From positions 46,998,001 to 47,062,000 of the forward strand of contig OZ076409.1 in NCBI GenBank assembly GCA_964187785.1: a stretch of 64,000 bases of DNA, written 5' to 3'. The notes below the pieces were generated by a model. That model was not told the origin of the DNA. It saw only the letters and a program-made list of their open reading frames with translations, and searched no databases. The stretch is from Amphiscolops sp. MND2022. Its lineage: Eukaryota. How positions within the stretch are numbered: position 1 is the first letter of the stretch; each line of letters begins with the position of its first letter. Positions 27,601 through 41,064 of this stretch are shown in pieces. The translations under genes were made by a program, and so were the position numbers.

Positions 27601-30303
27601 TTCATCAATTTCGGTCTGAATTTGATGCATTTTTTCTAGCAGAAATTGCTTTTATATCTTCAAAGAAGCCTCTCGGGCAACGAATTTTTCCTTTTTGAAC
27701 ATCTTTGACATTCTTAGCCTTCAAGTCATTCGAAAAGAAGACAAAAATTCATGAAATTTTCAAAAATCTGAAGTTTCTGGGATTTTTGTCATGTTCGGTC
27801 TGAATTTGAGGCATTTTTACAAATCAAATGGCACTTATAACTTCGACGACGCCTCTTGGACAACAAAATCTTTCCTTGTTGACTGTTTTCAACTTTCTAA
27901 GCTAGCAAGTGTATCAAAAATTTGACAAAAATTGCATAAAAACGGTAATAATCCGAACTTTTTGGAAGTTTTTTCAATTTCTATCGCAATTTGAGGCATT
28001 TTTTCTTTATAAAGTTGCATTTATTTCTTTCGAAAAGCCTCTTGGATAACGAAATTTTTCTCTTTCAACAATCAAAGTCACGAAATCTATCGAAAATTTG
28101 ACAAAAATTGCATAAAAACGGTAATCGGAAAATTTTGCAGTTTTTACTATTTTCGGGTCATTCTGGGGTCTTCGGGGTCAACGAAAAAAGTCCAAAAATC
28201 TCCACAAATACATACCGCATGATGCTAATTTTACATCAGCTGAATTCTATGGGTGAAACCCTTTAGCTTTGATATAAATAAATTCTTGGCAAATTTTGTA
28301 AAAAAAAACCGTTTGATTCAAATATTTTCCTTTTCCATATGAAATGTGGACGGAAAATAATACTTCTACTTACTCCTTTTCTTAACTACAAGTGACGTAT
28401 GGAAATAATTCAGCATAACAAATGGAAGTAATTCAAAGCGCAAAATCTTTTTATTTCACCAAAAAATCTCAGGGGTAAAAGTCATTCAAATTTAGATCAG
28501 AAGTACAACTATTGTTTCGGAGTCGAATCAAAATTTGAAAAGTTATATCACACTGCATTTCTAGAAATTTTGGAATTTTTTGAACCTTATTACGCAGTAT
28601 TTAAAGTACTGATCAGACAAATAGTTTCCCATGATAATTTTTACAGTCTTGACACCCTTCTCTAACGTTCATATCAAACACTTTTCTGAAAATGCTTCTT
28701 TCGAAAGATGAACAGCCAGTCAAAAACAGTTGTAATTCCGTAAAATTATTTTTATGGAGAAAAAACTAAAGAATTCACATTTTGTGATCTTTTGCGGTGT
28801 AAATTCTTAAGGAGGGCGTTCTCAGAAAAAAAATCAAACTTAGAGATCTGAATCAAAGGTACAAAATTTGTTGCAAGCATTTTTATTTGTTACGAGCACC
28901 GGTTTCCGAGATACTGCATGATAAATTTCCGAAAACACCAACAGTCAAAAATAAGCGAACTGTTTTGACTGTTGTAACTCGTGTTTGATTTCAAAGCAGA
29001 TAATAGCTTTGTATTTCTGATCAAAATTTGAGTAAGTTTTGCTCCAGAGACTTTTGTGTCAATTGACTAGTTGAAAATTATTGCGCTTTGATTTTTTTGT
29101 CATCCGTTAGTGTCTAATTTCTTCATAATTCAATTGTTTCAGAACCTGGGCACCCCTTCTTATGCCAATTTCTCGCCCTCGCCATATGGCAAACTTTTTC
29201 CTTCAATGGGAGTAGCGTCTTCTCAAGGAAGTGGCTACTCGCCTTACGAGCATGACTACGCCCCTAAAGGAAATGCTTCCAATAACACACATTCTGAGTT
29301 CAACAACAGTGGCTCATCCTCAATGAATTTATACTCGAAAATATCCAATGATTACCAGAGATCGGATAGCCAACAGAGCTCCAGCTCTTCAATGGACAGT
29401 CCTGGGCCTTCACACCTCAACTTTTTCCAGTCTCCTCTGGGTCTTGGGTCTGGTAGAAGTAGTGACAATAGTGTGGCTTCTCCCAGTGTTTCCATAGCTA
29501 ATATAGCCAACCAGCTCCAGGCTTTCGCCAACCAAAACTCTCAGTCTTTCCCTCAGGTAAATGAGCCATTTCAGTTTTCGAGTTTGGAAGTTATATTGTA
29601 CTAACAGGCAGCAACGTAGTTCGAATTATTTCAAACGCTTTTCACACTATATCTACAAAATACGATGTCCGTGGGCTCTTCAGGGCACTTATTTCTTTAT
29701 TGATTTATATATTTTTTATTGATGTAGTATGTGAAAGAGTGCTGATGGTGAAAAATCCCGGCAAAAACATTCTGCTTATTTAACAGTATGGCTATTATAG
29801 GAGGTAATTAACGAAATCGTTCCAAATGAATGTGATTTTGTCGAAATTGCATTTCGTCTTTAAGGCTCTGAGTTCTTGACATGAGATAGCGGCGTATGAA
29901 TTCTAAGTTCACATGAATGTTTTAGATGCCGCAGGGTCCATCTACTTCAAGTCAAATGGCGCAACCAATGATAACTCCCAAAATAGTTACAAACACTCCT
30001 CCTGCTGTCCCTAACACTGGAAGAACCACGTTAGATCAGCTTCTATCTAGAGCCGATAAATTGACTGCAGCCGACAGACAGAAGATCGAGCGGTTTTTGC
30101 GGGGAGAGAAAGTGGCCGACGTCGATAACCCTGATTGTTTTAAAGTCAGTGTCACTTTGTCCGAGAAACGAGTTCCTTCTGAAATCAAGGGTGAACTATG
30201 TAGTGCAGTTGTGGCCACAGTATTTGAAATGGACTACCTCAATGGCAAGTGGAAAGTTGTTAAACATACAAGTGTTGTCAAGCCTCCACCAAAACCTCAC
30301 TAA
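15627..30303 (+). CDS. NELFA: Negative elongation factor A (NELF-A/WHSC2); exons 15627-15950, 17780-17929, 23689-24462, 29143-29556, 29926-30303 (~679 aa)
   Basis: N-terminal LWLHNKLGS..W...LASQLT...VKYRLLMAFLFVPKRNIE; exon 2 LALQDDDSWV; exon 3 LPLECPML.KKAL...KHFTLKRKSKS; C-terminal VTLSE...TVFEMDYLNGKWKVVK. All introns are phase 0; introns 2-4 are canonical GT-AG. Confidence 0.92.
15988..16910 (-). mobile_element. Composite HINE/DINE-1-like element in NELF-A intron 1
   Basis: Reverse-complement copy of the family: ACAAGTCGGGACCGGCCCAAGTCGGCGCC ... AGTCGCGTTTCACTTCATGAAGCGCCGATTAAAA. 16160-16414 is a near-identical inverted match to 5117-5310 and 4548-4612. Confidence 0.72.
17112..17729. 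mobile_element. Foldback/MITE-like element with ~150-bp terminal inverted repeats
   Basis: 17112-17262 (TTCATGTATTGTGACAATCTCATGGACCAATTTTCACTT...GACTTTTTAATGT) is a near reverse complement of 17580-17729. No clear TSD. Confidence 0.75.
18764..20410 (-). pseudogene. Decayed multi-exon gene with C-type-lectin-like motifs, antisense in NELF-A intron 2
   Basis: Exon-like ELGHCYRMLLELGPTSQDRGVEACGFASGYLPGLDNKGDE|GTGAGT, then HLFVGLNSAKDEFKI* (in-frame stop), and later QACVARKWF...YVCAYPHWVICQ. Several GT-AG-bounded coding-like pieces but no intact model. Confidence 0.4.
21016..21674 (-). mobile_element. HINE/DINE-1-like element (near-complete copy)
   Basis: AACAAGCCGGGACCGGCCCAAGTCGGCGCC ... 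AGTCGCGTTTCACTGCATGAAGCGCCGACTAAAAA. Reverse-complement match to 13606-14324. Confidence 0.78.
25041..25420 (+). mobile_element. Diverged HINE/DINE-1-like copy
   Basis: TTTTTTAGTCGGCG...GACT at the start and GCCGCCTTGGGCCGTTACCGGCTTGTT at the end. Confidence 0.55.
25850..28160. repeat. Degenerate ~180-bp tandem array in NELF-A intron 3
   Basis: A GGACAACGAA-like anchor recurs at about 26978, 27158, 27339, 27489, 27676, 27858 and 28043, with shared AAAATTGCATAAA and TTTTTGTCAATTTTGG blocks. Weaker units lie upstream. Confidence 0.75.
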
Positions 30304-31717
30304 ATACGCTTTATACTTCCATGCTTTACAGTAAATTTTCAATTTTGGTTAAAAAATAGATGATAGAAAGATAAATCAATTCTGTTGTAATCATTTTCTC
30401 GAAACGAAAACTTCGATAGGTAGATATAGATGAACAGCGAGCATGAAAAACGTTTTAAGGTGCACCGGGTATAACGTTCAAATGAATTACGGCTAACTTT
30501 GTCGTATGCACGCTAGCCATCGTCGTCAAAAAGAACTGGTCGACCTCTCTTGGCAAGACGCCTGCCTTGGAAACGATGGGAAGTGGTAAAGAGATACGAT
30601 AAACTTTCCCCTTCTAACATAACAATAAAATACCAATTTCCCAAGATTTAGCGACGTTCAAGCTTGATAGTAAGCTTTAAAATCCTTTTTCCTGGAGGCT
30701 TTTCTTTAAAAAGTTTTTCCTGGAAGCTTCTCAAGTCCTGGTTAATTTTGGAATGATTGAATTACGAACTGTCAAGTTCTGCGTTTAATGTGTCGAGCTT
30801 TTTTGCGCTGTCCATCCTACAACGAAGCTATGAAGTTCTTACATCAAAGATAGACGGCTTTAAAATGATAGGTAACGTTTGTGATCTTTTGATCAGCCCT
30901 AAGTATAAGCCCCAAAACGTTCATTGGCACAGCCACAAACTTCTCCAAATTTTGGCTATACTTCAACATTTTAATTCATTGCGAAGTCGGAAAAAACGAT
31001 CATCAAAAAATTCAAGGGAAAACAAGATCAGATGTTCAATTGGATGCATTTCGGAAAACTTTCCATCTTCAGCAACTAACAATCGGAAAAGCTCTAAATG
31101 ATACTACAACATTAACATTTTGGATTGCAAATTAAGTTGTAACAAGCGCAAAACAGTGTCTCCAATTAGCCCATTTTGAGCATCGGGGTTTCGAACCTAA
31201 GCTCATCTGTTTTTATCTGCGGTTGCAAATCTCTAATGTGGAGGCCCTCAAGTGTCAGCAACGAGTCCACTGAGATAGAGCAAACAACAAATACGGACTG
31301 CCAGTGTATTTCAGTACTCGAAACACTACAACTTTCAAAGTGCTTTTACACTGGAGTGCCCCTATGTTTATGTCCATATAAACGCGTTGTAAGGCGGCTT
31401 GTTTGGCCAACATACAGGGCATCATATCCCGAGCAACTTGTTGAGTAAACAGTACCGGGCATGTGTTGCAACCAAAGAATTGATGGTACATCTGACCAAA
31501 TGAATGAAAAACGCTGGGATACTCGTTATTTTTTAAAATCGTGATGGCTGTCTCCCATTACTCATGGAAAAAAAATTAAAAAGCAATGAATTTTTCATAA
31601 GAAAATATTGTCACGAAAAAGTTTGATTAAACAACTATTCTGCGATGACTTATTGTCGAGGTAACAATTCATGACCCATCTGAAATCCAAAAGGTCTTGA
31701 AAACATGGAACAAAGTA

Positions 31718-32756
31718 ACAAGCCGTAAACGTGCGAGCGCTTTTTTGAACATCGGCCTCCGCCTTAATAAAAATTTACTTCGCATATAACGTCAAAAGTT
31801 CGGATATGGGGTGTGCTGAGACAAAAGGGAGCGATTTTTTGAAGCAAAATGGCTTTTAGCGTATGAATATTTTTTGCTTCATCTGTTCTCTGTAAAAGTG
31901 GACGGATCTGAGCTACGAAAAAAAAACTGGGAACGGCCAACGTCGGCGCCCCGAAAAAGTTTTTAAAAAGCACAGTGTTTTGAATATGCAAAGGCACAGC
32001 ATTGTGAAAAATTTTATCAAAATTTCAGCACCAAAAAGTACCTTAAATGATGCCCATAGCACTCAAAAACCACAGTTTCCCCAACTGGGAACATCAGAAC
32101 CTATTTTTCAACAAATTGTTGTTGACAATTTTTCTCTAGAAAAGTTTCATAGCGCTGAAGAAAAAGTTTTGACCTCGCTAAATGTTTTATTCAAGCCGAA
32201 ACAATTTTTGAAACTCAGGGGGTGACCTTGCGTGCATAATTTTTTTTTAGAAAAGTCGCACCTAACTCGAAATATCAAAAAACCCGATGTTTGAAAAACG
32301 TGTTGTTTCCGGGAAAAGTCTCATAGTGCCAAAAAAGAGACCGTCTAATTTCGCAAAACGCTTTTTCTCAGGCAGAAACGTGTAAAAAACTGAAAGGAGT
32401 TCTATTTGACCAATTGAAGATTTTTCCGGAGGAAAACTCGGACAGGGCTGAAAAAACGGTGTTTTCCATTAGTAGATCTTCCTTGGTAGCAGAACCTCTT
32501 CCGCTTCCTCCTTAGTAAAACGCATTATAGTTCGAATAGAACGTCAAAAGTTCGGATATAGCGCAATATTTTCCCTACCTCCTCCAGTGAAGCGCAACTT
32601 ACTTTGGACATAACGTCGACAATTCGAATATAGCGTGCTGGCTAGGCCAAATGGTCTTTACCGTATGAATGTTTGTGCTCCATTTGTTCTCCATAAAAGT
32701 GGACGGTTCAGAGGTACTGAAGAAAGGAACTAGCCACCGAAAAGGCCGGCTAAAAA
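31718..32756 (-). mobile_element. Diverged composite HINE-like repeat
   Basis: ACAAGCCGT at the start, CTGGGAACGGCCAACGTCGGCGCC at ~31927, shared AAAGTCTCATAGTGCC core and GGCCGGCTAAAAA at the end. Also shares AACGTCAAAAGTTCG units with the reverse complement of 14580-14850. Confidence 0.5.
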
Positions 32757-33639
32757 CAAACAATTTCTGACGTATGTTAAAACTATTGAAGTACCTTCAC
32801 GAAAAAATAAGCTTTTATGTGTCCAATAAAGGCTTGTCCTTTCTTATCTGGTGGGATCTTGACGGGAGACCAAAGGATCTACTTTAAAGTCCTACTATTC
32901 TTGAAATCCTATTGATACTAATTTCCGCCTATAAAAATCATCATTTAGATCCAAGATCAATTTTCTAAGCAAAAATTCAATTTCAAGCGCCATGTTTTAC
33001 GCTCTATCGAAAGTGAGTGCAACAAACAATTATCTGAAAACTCTCAATAGTCTATCATCACAATGCGGTTGCTACTTCAAACAGCGTGTTCTTGAAACAC
33101 AGTTTGATTTATGGTAAAATGGGAAAATTCTTTCATTATCTTTCATTCGAATTTTTTGAGACCCGAAAGTTAATGAAGAAAAACTTTGAACTATGTTTTT
33201 GTTTGCATCATGTATTTGGAATTAGGTATAAGCTGGTCATTCGATTTCTCGGCGTCGAGTCCCTTAGCGATGCTTGAAAATCGGTAGAAGCGTCTGGGAA
33301 ATTTTTCCTGGAATTTATAAAAAGGAAACTTTTCTCGAGAACTGATTAAGGGTTAAAGAGTTTTTGACGAGAAAAACACAAACTTACGTCGATGGCGTTC
33401 AAATTGTCTGTAGTTTACAACACAAGTTTTACTGGGGTGTTCGCCAACTGTTTCAATAACCTTTGCATTACACAAACCTTCCACTGATAGTGGTAAGCCT
33501 AAGGATCCAAACCATGAGACCTCCTAATCATACACGGTAGCTGTTAATCAGACGTCGAATAAGAACTCAATTTTTCAATTTAAACAATCTTTTTACACTG
33601 GCATTCACTTATACGATGAACAACAATCAACAACTCAAT

Positions 33640-36430
33640 TGTGTGGTAGGGAAGTTCACAACTTTTTATAATAACATAAGGTCAGTATCAGCAAACTCGG
33701 GTCATCTAGAAAATTTTGGTATCTGATTTGAAGCCGTTAGTTATTTCCCTCACCGAAACCTGGTTCTAGAGCGAAAATTATGATGAACTATTTAGTCTTG
33801 AAGGCTATCACCAACCATCTACTAGTACTGGAACTCAAAAGCGAGGCGGTGGAGTAGCAATATACGTAACACTAGACCTTGAAGCAGAACTGCTTCACGC
33901 TGATGAATATCACGAGTCAGTCTCTGTGAAAAAAAATTATCCCAAAAATAAAAAGAAAATCATAGTAACTTGTTTTTATTGCGAACCGTCTAGAATCAAA
34001 AACATCTATTTGGAGCACGTTGAAGACGTGCTTGACAAAAATGGTAATGTCTTGCAGATAGTATTTGGGGACTTCAATACTGATCTATCAAAGAAAATCT
34101 CGGAGCTCGTGTAACGTTCGAGAAAATGATGAACTCACAAGGACTTGAATTAGTTAGTCTTAGGGAACCCACCAGGGAAACAGCTACATCAAGCACATGT
34201 ATAGATGCTATATACAGTAACTTTTCTGTTCAGCTGTCTCAGATACTAAAAACAACTTTTTCGGATCATTATAGCCTACAGTTGGATATGAATATGAGCT
34301 TGGAGATGGTAGAAAATAGTTTCGAGTTTAGATCCCTGCAAAAATTAGAAGATCCACTATACTGTGGAACATTCCTCTTTTTTCTGAGTCATTTTTTGAG
34401 TAAAATCAATGAATTTGATACACCTGCAGAAAAATATCTTGATAAGATTGTAAAAACTCTTAGAGAGTCAACTGACAGATACCTTCCCCTAGACAATTAA
34501 AAAGACGTGAACCCAAAAAATCTTGAATTAAAAATCGAATTAAGAGACATATCGCTATCAAAGATAAACTTTATCAGTTATGGCTCAAAACAAATTCCGA
34601 AGAACACTATGAGAAATACAAGAAAAAACGAAACGAGGTTAAAATGGAAATAATAACTGCTAAACGAAAGGACGTTCAGTCCAAAATGAATCGAAAAAGC
34701 CTAAAAGAAATTTTCAGATATAATAAAAGCACAAAAAGAGAAAACAGCCAGGATAAATTTTCCAGTAAACTCTCTGCTGATGATTTCAACAATTATTTCA
34801 TTACTGCTTGCGATCAACAAAAAATCACCCCGGATACCAGAAAGTGCGTATATGATCAGGGGTATCAAATGCAAACACTTTTTTTTCTATCGAGTTACTG
34901 AAATTGAAATTGCGAATCTAATTGCGACCTTGAAAAACAAAAATTCTGCAGGATCGGATGGTATAAGTTTAAAAATTTGGAAAAAGGCTGCTCCAATCAT
35001 ATGTTCATATTTGAAATTAGCAATCAATAAATGTATTGCAGAATGCTTGTTTCCAAGAAGTTTTAAAATTGCTAAAATTGTTCTAATTTTCATAGCCGAT
35101 GATAGAAAACTGACCTCGAATTATAGAACAATTTCATTTTTGGGAAATCTGTCAAAGGTATTTGAGAAAATAATACTTGGAAGATTGATGAATCATCTCG
35201 AAAAATTTTCAATTTCTTCAGATAATCAGTACGGATTCAGAAAAAAATAGATTCAATACAAGCAACAACGTTTCATGGAAACAAATATAAGCGATTTAGA
35301 AAACTGTATTCTCTGTGAATTACAAGCGAATTAGAAAACAAACTGTTTTTTGTGGAGAAAAGCGTTCGACTCTGTAGATCACGAAGTATTATTACAAAAA
35401 TTGTACCAGTTTGGTTTAAGAGGTGCCTCCCATAAACTAATAGCAAATTATTTAGCTGAAAGGTTTCAATATGTGAGAGTAAATGATAAAATCTCAGCTA
35501 TGAAATCAATCAAACGCGATGTCCCGCAAGGATCAATACTAGGTCCCTCATTATTCCTTAGTTATATTGATGATCTCGGGGCAGATGAAAACTGGCAGAG
35601 TGAAATCATAAAATACGCAGATGATACAGTTTTGATCAAAAAGCTATATCATAAATCTCAGGATGGACAGTTGCTTGAGTCTGGATGTCTAGAAACGGTG
35701 TAGATTGTAACTACATGAAAACTGAGTTTACCGTTTTTGAGAAAAAATCAACTAAACATTCAAACATAGTAATTGGCGACCTTGAAATTCCCTCTTGTCA
35801 AAATTACAATTACTTGGGCCTACATCTCGACAGAAAAATCAATTTTGTGACACAAATCGAAAAAATTGTCTCTAAGCTAGCGCAACATTGCGGCACACTG
35901 TACAAACTGAGAGATATATTAAACAAAGGCAAATTAGTACAGTACATCCGATCTTATGTATTACCGATAGTTCATTATGGCGTTCTTTTGCACGGATTGG
36001 GAGCGAAAACAAAGCTGCAGAAAATCCTAATAATTCAAAAAAACTAATTCGAATTGCTTTACGGCTTTCCTCTTGGGCCAGCGTTCTCGGAAACTTCAAT
36101 GAACTGGAAATTGGAACTGTATTTGAATATCATTTATGGACTATTTAGGTTGTCACTGGCGCAAATCAGAAATGGTTTCCAGAATCTTACCATTGGAATT
36201 CAACAGCAACAAACAAGGAATGTAAGTTTCAATATTTGGAATTTTCGGAAACAAATGATATGCTAGATTCACGAGCAATAATACTGATGAACGCATTACG
36301 TCAATCGTGTATTACCTTCGGATAAAATGATATGTGAAATCGATGATAAGCAGTTTGAAAAGTGGTGTCACCAAACATCGGATCTCTATTGTTTTGGAAA
36401 TGGAAAACTTACGAATCTTATCTACAAGTA
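33640..36430 (+). mobile_element. Decayed LINE ORF2 (APE endonuclease + reverse transcriptase), multiple frameshifts and stops
   Basis: EN motifs YNNIRS, TETW, RGGGVAIY, GDFNTDL, CIDAIYSN, SDHY. RT motifs NYRTISFLGNLSKVFEKII, QYGFR, KAFDSVDH, VPQGSILGPSLFLSYIDDL, YADD, YLGL. Spread over ORFs 33926-36047 in different frames. Confidence 0.93.
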
Positions 36431-36958
36431 ACCGAAAACTCTGGGGATTGAATATTTTATCACAGAATCCAATTTTTCAAAAAAAGGATCATTACTTTTT
36501 TGCTGACAGTGAAAAGACATGATGAAACTTCGGAAGGAATTTCGAACTATTTTCTACATCTCCATTGCAGCCAATAAACTTCTGGTTATTGTTATCACAA
36601 ACTCGATCTCAAACTACTTTAGACGCAAAGAACAGGCTCCACATTGAGAAAATTAGACGTTTAATATTGTTAGTAGAACCATTCGTGAACAATCAAAAAT
36701 CGGATATTCCGGCTAGAAAGAACTGATCACTTCATTACAAGTGTATAAAAATTGAGTACTAGATGTGAAATCTCCACCATACACACACAAAAAACAATTA
36801 TTTTTGTTCCAATAACAAGGATTCCTCTTGAAAAGCCTAGTGCTTTTAAGGGTCTTTTTCAGTGGCTTCTTCGTTAATTCGTTTTGTTTAATTTAATTTA
36901 TTGTCTGTTATTTATGCCCTTTGATAAAATTCATTTTTATTATTATTATCGTTTTTTT

Positions 36959-37494
36959 AGTCGGCGCTTTTCGAAGAAAAACGCAGACTATAGTAGTGAC
37001 TTCTTTTTTTTTTAAGACCAACGAACTGACAGATTTTATAAATTTTATAAGTTGGTACTAAACCGGCGCGAACACTAAACTGTGTCACGCTACTTCACTG
37101 CCACTTGGCCACTACGACTTTTTCGAGGTCTGACGAGCAGAATGACATGGGTTCGAGTCCCGCCATGACCAAATTTTTTTGTGCAAATTTGTTTTTTCGG
37201 CTTTGTGAGACTTTTTTCGCAAATATCTCCAAATGGTCCACCCTTCATTTTTTTGTCTATTTTGCAAAAGAATGGATGTTCTTCCAAAACTTCCAAAGGG
37301 CCCCATTTTACATGTTTTGGCACTATGCGACTTACGGGAGACCAAAAAAATTTAAAAAATTTCAAAAAAAATCGGAATTTTTTTTCGATTTTTCCTCAAA
37401 CGGGTGCTGTAGAAGAGAATACTTGACACTTTGAAGTCCTTTTGTTATTTTGAGCCTTAGATATGGCGCCGACTTGGGCCGTTCCCGGCTTGTT
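36959..37494 (+). mobile_element. HINE/DINE-1-like element containing a tRNA-like segment
   Basis: TTTTTTAGTCGGCGCTTTTCGAAGAAAAACGCAGACT ... GGCGCCGACTTGGGCCGTTCCCGGCTTGTT. Internal GGGTTCGAGTCCC at ~37148-37160. Confidence 0.75.
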
Positions 37495-38296
37495 ACTTTG
37501 AGTGAAAACTTTTCAAGAATGGCATCAGGGAGCAAAGGTTGCGATGTTAATGATTGATGAACTAACTGACACCATGATATTGAATTCGGGCATTGTTTCA
37601 TAGCCATTAAAGTTACCAGACGGTGGGTTACTATCGGCAAGGGTCATTACTGGAGTATCATTTTCTGAATACGAAGAGTTTTCAACTTTTTGCTGCGACC
37701 ACGCAATTGCGATGTGTCTGATTCAAACAATGAAAGCTGGTTCACAACCGAGCCTTGAAACGTATTTTTGTTCAAGCACTTACTTTCTCATTTTGCTATC
37801 CAGCTTTTGAAGGTGTGAAATAATAAACTTAGGTACACACAGAATTGAGAATTGACTAGTCGTAGTCCGTTTGAGAAAGTTAACATTAATGTATGCAGGT
37901 TGTCTCAATTTAATTAATTATATTTTAACATAGTTGTTGAATGTTACAAACAAGACGACGAACAACTTACAGAAAACAACTTCAGCAGAAGAGACTTCCA
38001 GAGGCAAAAGATCGCTTAAGAAAGCCTCCAATTAACATTACGATACATATCCCCGCAAGCAAGTTCCCAGATCTCGCGACTTGCATTAATAAAATAGAAT
38101 AAAATAGAATATAAGTCGTGTCTCGAAAATTTTTCTGAAAATAGGTTCTTTATATAATTCCTATTCCTTTTTTCCTGAAAGAGTAATGTCAAATGGGAAA
38201 AAGTCGATTCCTGGAAACATGCCACGGAATCCACAATGACAGCTGTTGTTCCTATAACTCAACTTTCGTCTACCCGTACTGACACTCCAGTGGACT

Positions 38297-38372
38297 TAAG
38301 TCCTTGCCAGGACAACTCAAGGATTCCAAGTCCTTGACAGGATAACTCAAGGATTCCAAGGACTGCCAAGGA
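38297..38372. repeat. 30-bp minisatellite (~2.5 copies)
   Basis: AAGTCCTTG(C/A)CAGGA(C/T)AACTCAAGGATTCC repeated. Confidence 0.8.
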
Positions 38373-41064
38373 TTTCCCAAGTTTTCGAAAATTTCGCAAG
38401 TTCTTACCAGTCCTGGTGCAGTCCTTAGCAGTCCTTGAGAAATTTCGATGAAAAATTCGAAGTTGCATAAAGGGCGCGGCCATTTTGAATTTGAGTAGGA
38501 AAAACTTAGTTGCTTGTATTTCCTATCATTATCAAGTGTACTTCGTATCAATTATGCCCCATGAGGGCTGGGTTATTGTCAGAATAAGTGTTCCGGTACT
38601 ATTCCCATAGTCGAGACTATGTCTGGGCTCAATAGTGCCGGATATAATGATAGAAATTGGGCTTTTCGTAGTATACTACCGATGTAGTTTCTGCCAAGCA
38701 AACACTTGAGTAGGTAAAGAGACAGAAACTCAAGACGTGATTTTCTCGAGGATTGGCAAAAGTTTGTTGACAATGTGAATTTTCGGTTGAAACAAAAGAA
38801 TTACATGAGTCCTCTTAAATTAGCGTGGTGAAACGTTATCTTCTCCTTAGTTTGTAGTATACGAAAACAACCTAAAACAATGTGAAACACGAGAAAGCAA
38901 GGAAATTAAAATCGAAAATCGTGGAAAATCGAAACTCGTGACATTCGATACATTCAAGATTTAGCCGCGTTCGCACACCTGATGCCCAACTTTACTGGTC
39001 CAAGAGGACCCAATGATCACCAACCGCCATGAATGAAGGCCCAAAAAATACTAATGCAGGAAAAATTGCATCAGGGGTGGCAGCAACGTCGTTGTGCAAT
39101 GTGATGGAGAGATCTGAAATTCAACTTCTATCGTCCGAACAGAACAAAACTAATAGCAAAAGAGCTGATGAGTAATTGTCATTTCCAGAGTTCAAACACG
39201 AAGTTCACGAGCTCACGATTGCCAAAATTGAAATTTCAAAAATTTTAGGACCGTTTTGTTCCATCAGATAAATACTAAGATCCTATAATGGAGCTGTCGG
39301 ATAAAACACCAATGTTCATCAATTTATAATACACTTCTGAAACACTACAGCAGTAATACTAGCAACGCTGTGATTGGTCAATAATTGGATTTGGACCACG
39401 CGTCAACTAGACTAGAGCAAAGTACCAGTTAAATGAATTTTTCTTCAAGTATTACTGCATATTATTCAAATTCTTCACAATCACAGCATCGTTTTTCAAC
39501 ACAGTTAAAAGAAGTATTCCTTTACATGTGAACATTATTAAAAAAACCATAAAACTAATCTTTCATGACTAAAAATAAGTGATTTCTGTTTGTTTGCTGT
39601 AGCCCGATTAACTGTCGTTCCCAAATTCGTTTAAACAGGCAATCAGCAGGTTGTTGGAGTCGGTTTGACTGTCGGTCCCAAATTCGTTTGAATAGTCAAT
39701 CAGTATATTGATGTATTCTGGTGGACCGAAGGTCCAATAGCTCAGATGAATATCGCAGGAGGCAGCTTGCGACAGTTGTATTTTATTTGTTGTTTGTAAT
39801 TGAATTCCCATCAACTAACGTTATTGAACGTTTGCATTGTATTTATTACTGTTTGGCTTGTTGCAAGTTCCCTCAGAAAGTAAACGAGGACTCTGATTTT
39901 TGATTTTGACCATTTAGTGGTTTAGTCGCTGGAAGTAGAAAAATGGTATTAGCTCTTTGAACTCGTTTTCTTTTTGAGTTGAGATTTTTTTTTAAATGTA
40001 CTTATATATGAAAGTTGCATGATTTCGTCCAAGACTGCGGGAAACGATATTGACATCATCATTCTTGATGTGTATTCCGAAACCTCATCACAAGTGATGT
40101 GTGTCAAATTTTTATGTGTTTTAAATGTTTTGGGTTCTGCGATCAAAGAGTTGCATGGATGTTAGAGTTTTGGTTAGGTTTTTTATGCAAATTTTGTAAA
40201 TGTTGGACATTTACTTGAGAGCATTTTGGTTACTTTTGTTTCAGCTCATCAAAATGGTTTTTGTCATTGAAAAGGTTAGAAGAGCTGCTTATTTTCATTT
40301 TCTGTCCAGATTCGATGATTAATTGGAAAAAAATTAATAAACGTTTGTTGCTTGTTTTATATACTTTCTTTCAAATTAACTTTCCTTCTCTTTCCACCCT
40401 TAAAATAGTGAAACTCCTTGACCAAATTGCCAAATGCGTCTCTGGGATGGAACCTGGGAGCAAATTCGAAGAAGACGAATATTTTAAGTCCCTCAAACGT
40501 TCGTCAGACAAAAATGATCGAAGGTTTTTTTTAAACCTCACCAGTAGTTTTCGAGATATTGAGAAATAAAAACTCGAAGATTTCCAAAGTTCCTCGAAAT
40601 ACTATGTGAGATACCTCCTTACTTCAATTTTCGTTCCATTCAAAAACAAAGTTTATCGTTTTCAAATTCTGAGAAAACTTTGCTCCCGAGATTTTTTGTC
40701 AAATGCATTCCTAATAAGTGCGCTCTCAAAGTTTTGCATCTGACATTATCTTTGGTTGTCCGGTACCATAATGTGCCTTGTCTTATCGAGACACATTGTC
40801 AACGCAGCATGTCTTTTCTCTAGCATACTAGACATGCGATCCTTAAACTATCGTGTCCTACTTTTACACGGTAGTCCATTTCGCTCTAACCATATGTTTG
40901 TTAATTGACTCAACGGCAAAAAAGGTTCTGATGGGTTTCCTGGACTGTTGATCGAGTTGTGAGCATATATGTGTTCAATGCAATTGTCCTGTAAACAATG
41001 GTCTTTGGGTGAACCCACGGTTTTGGTTATAACTTTCGAGTCTGACTTTTTGAATACTTTTAGT

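Noticed and set aside
25850..28160. Regularly spaced repeats that might suggest a CRISPR array
   Set aside because: Whole units are homologous with no unique spacers, the context is a eukaryotic intron, and there are no cas genes.
37140..37172. tRNA gene
   Set aside because: Only a T-arm-like part is present, inside a dispersed repeat; no full cloverleaf.
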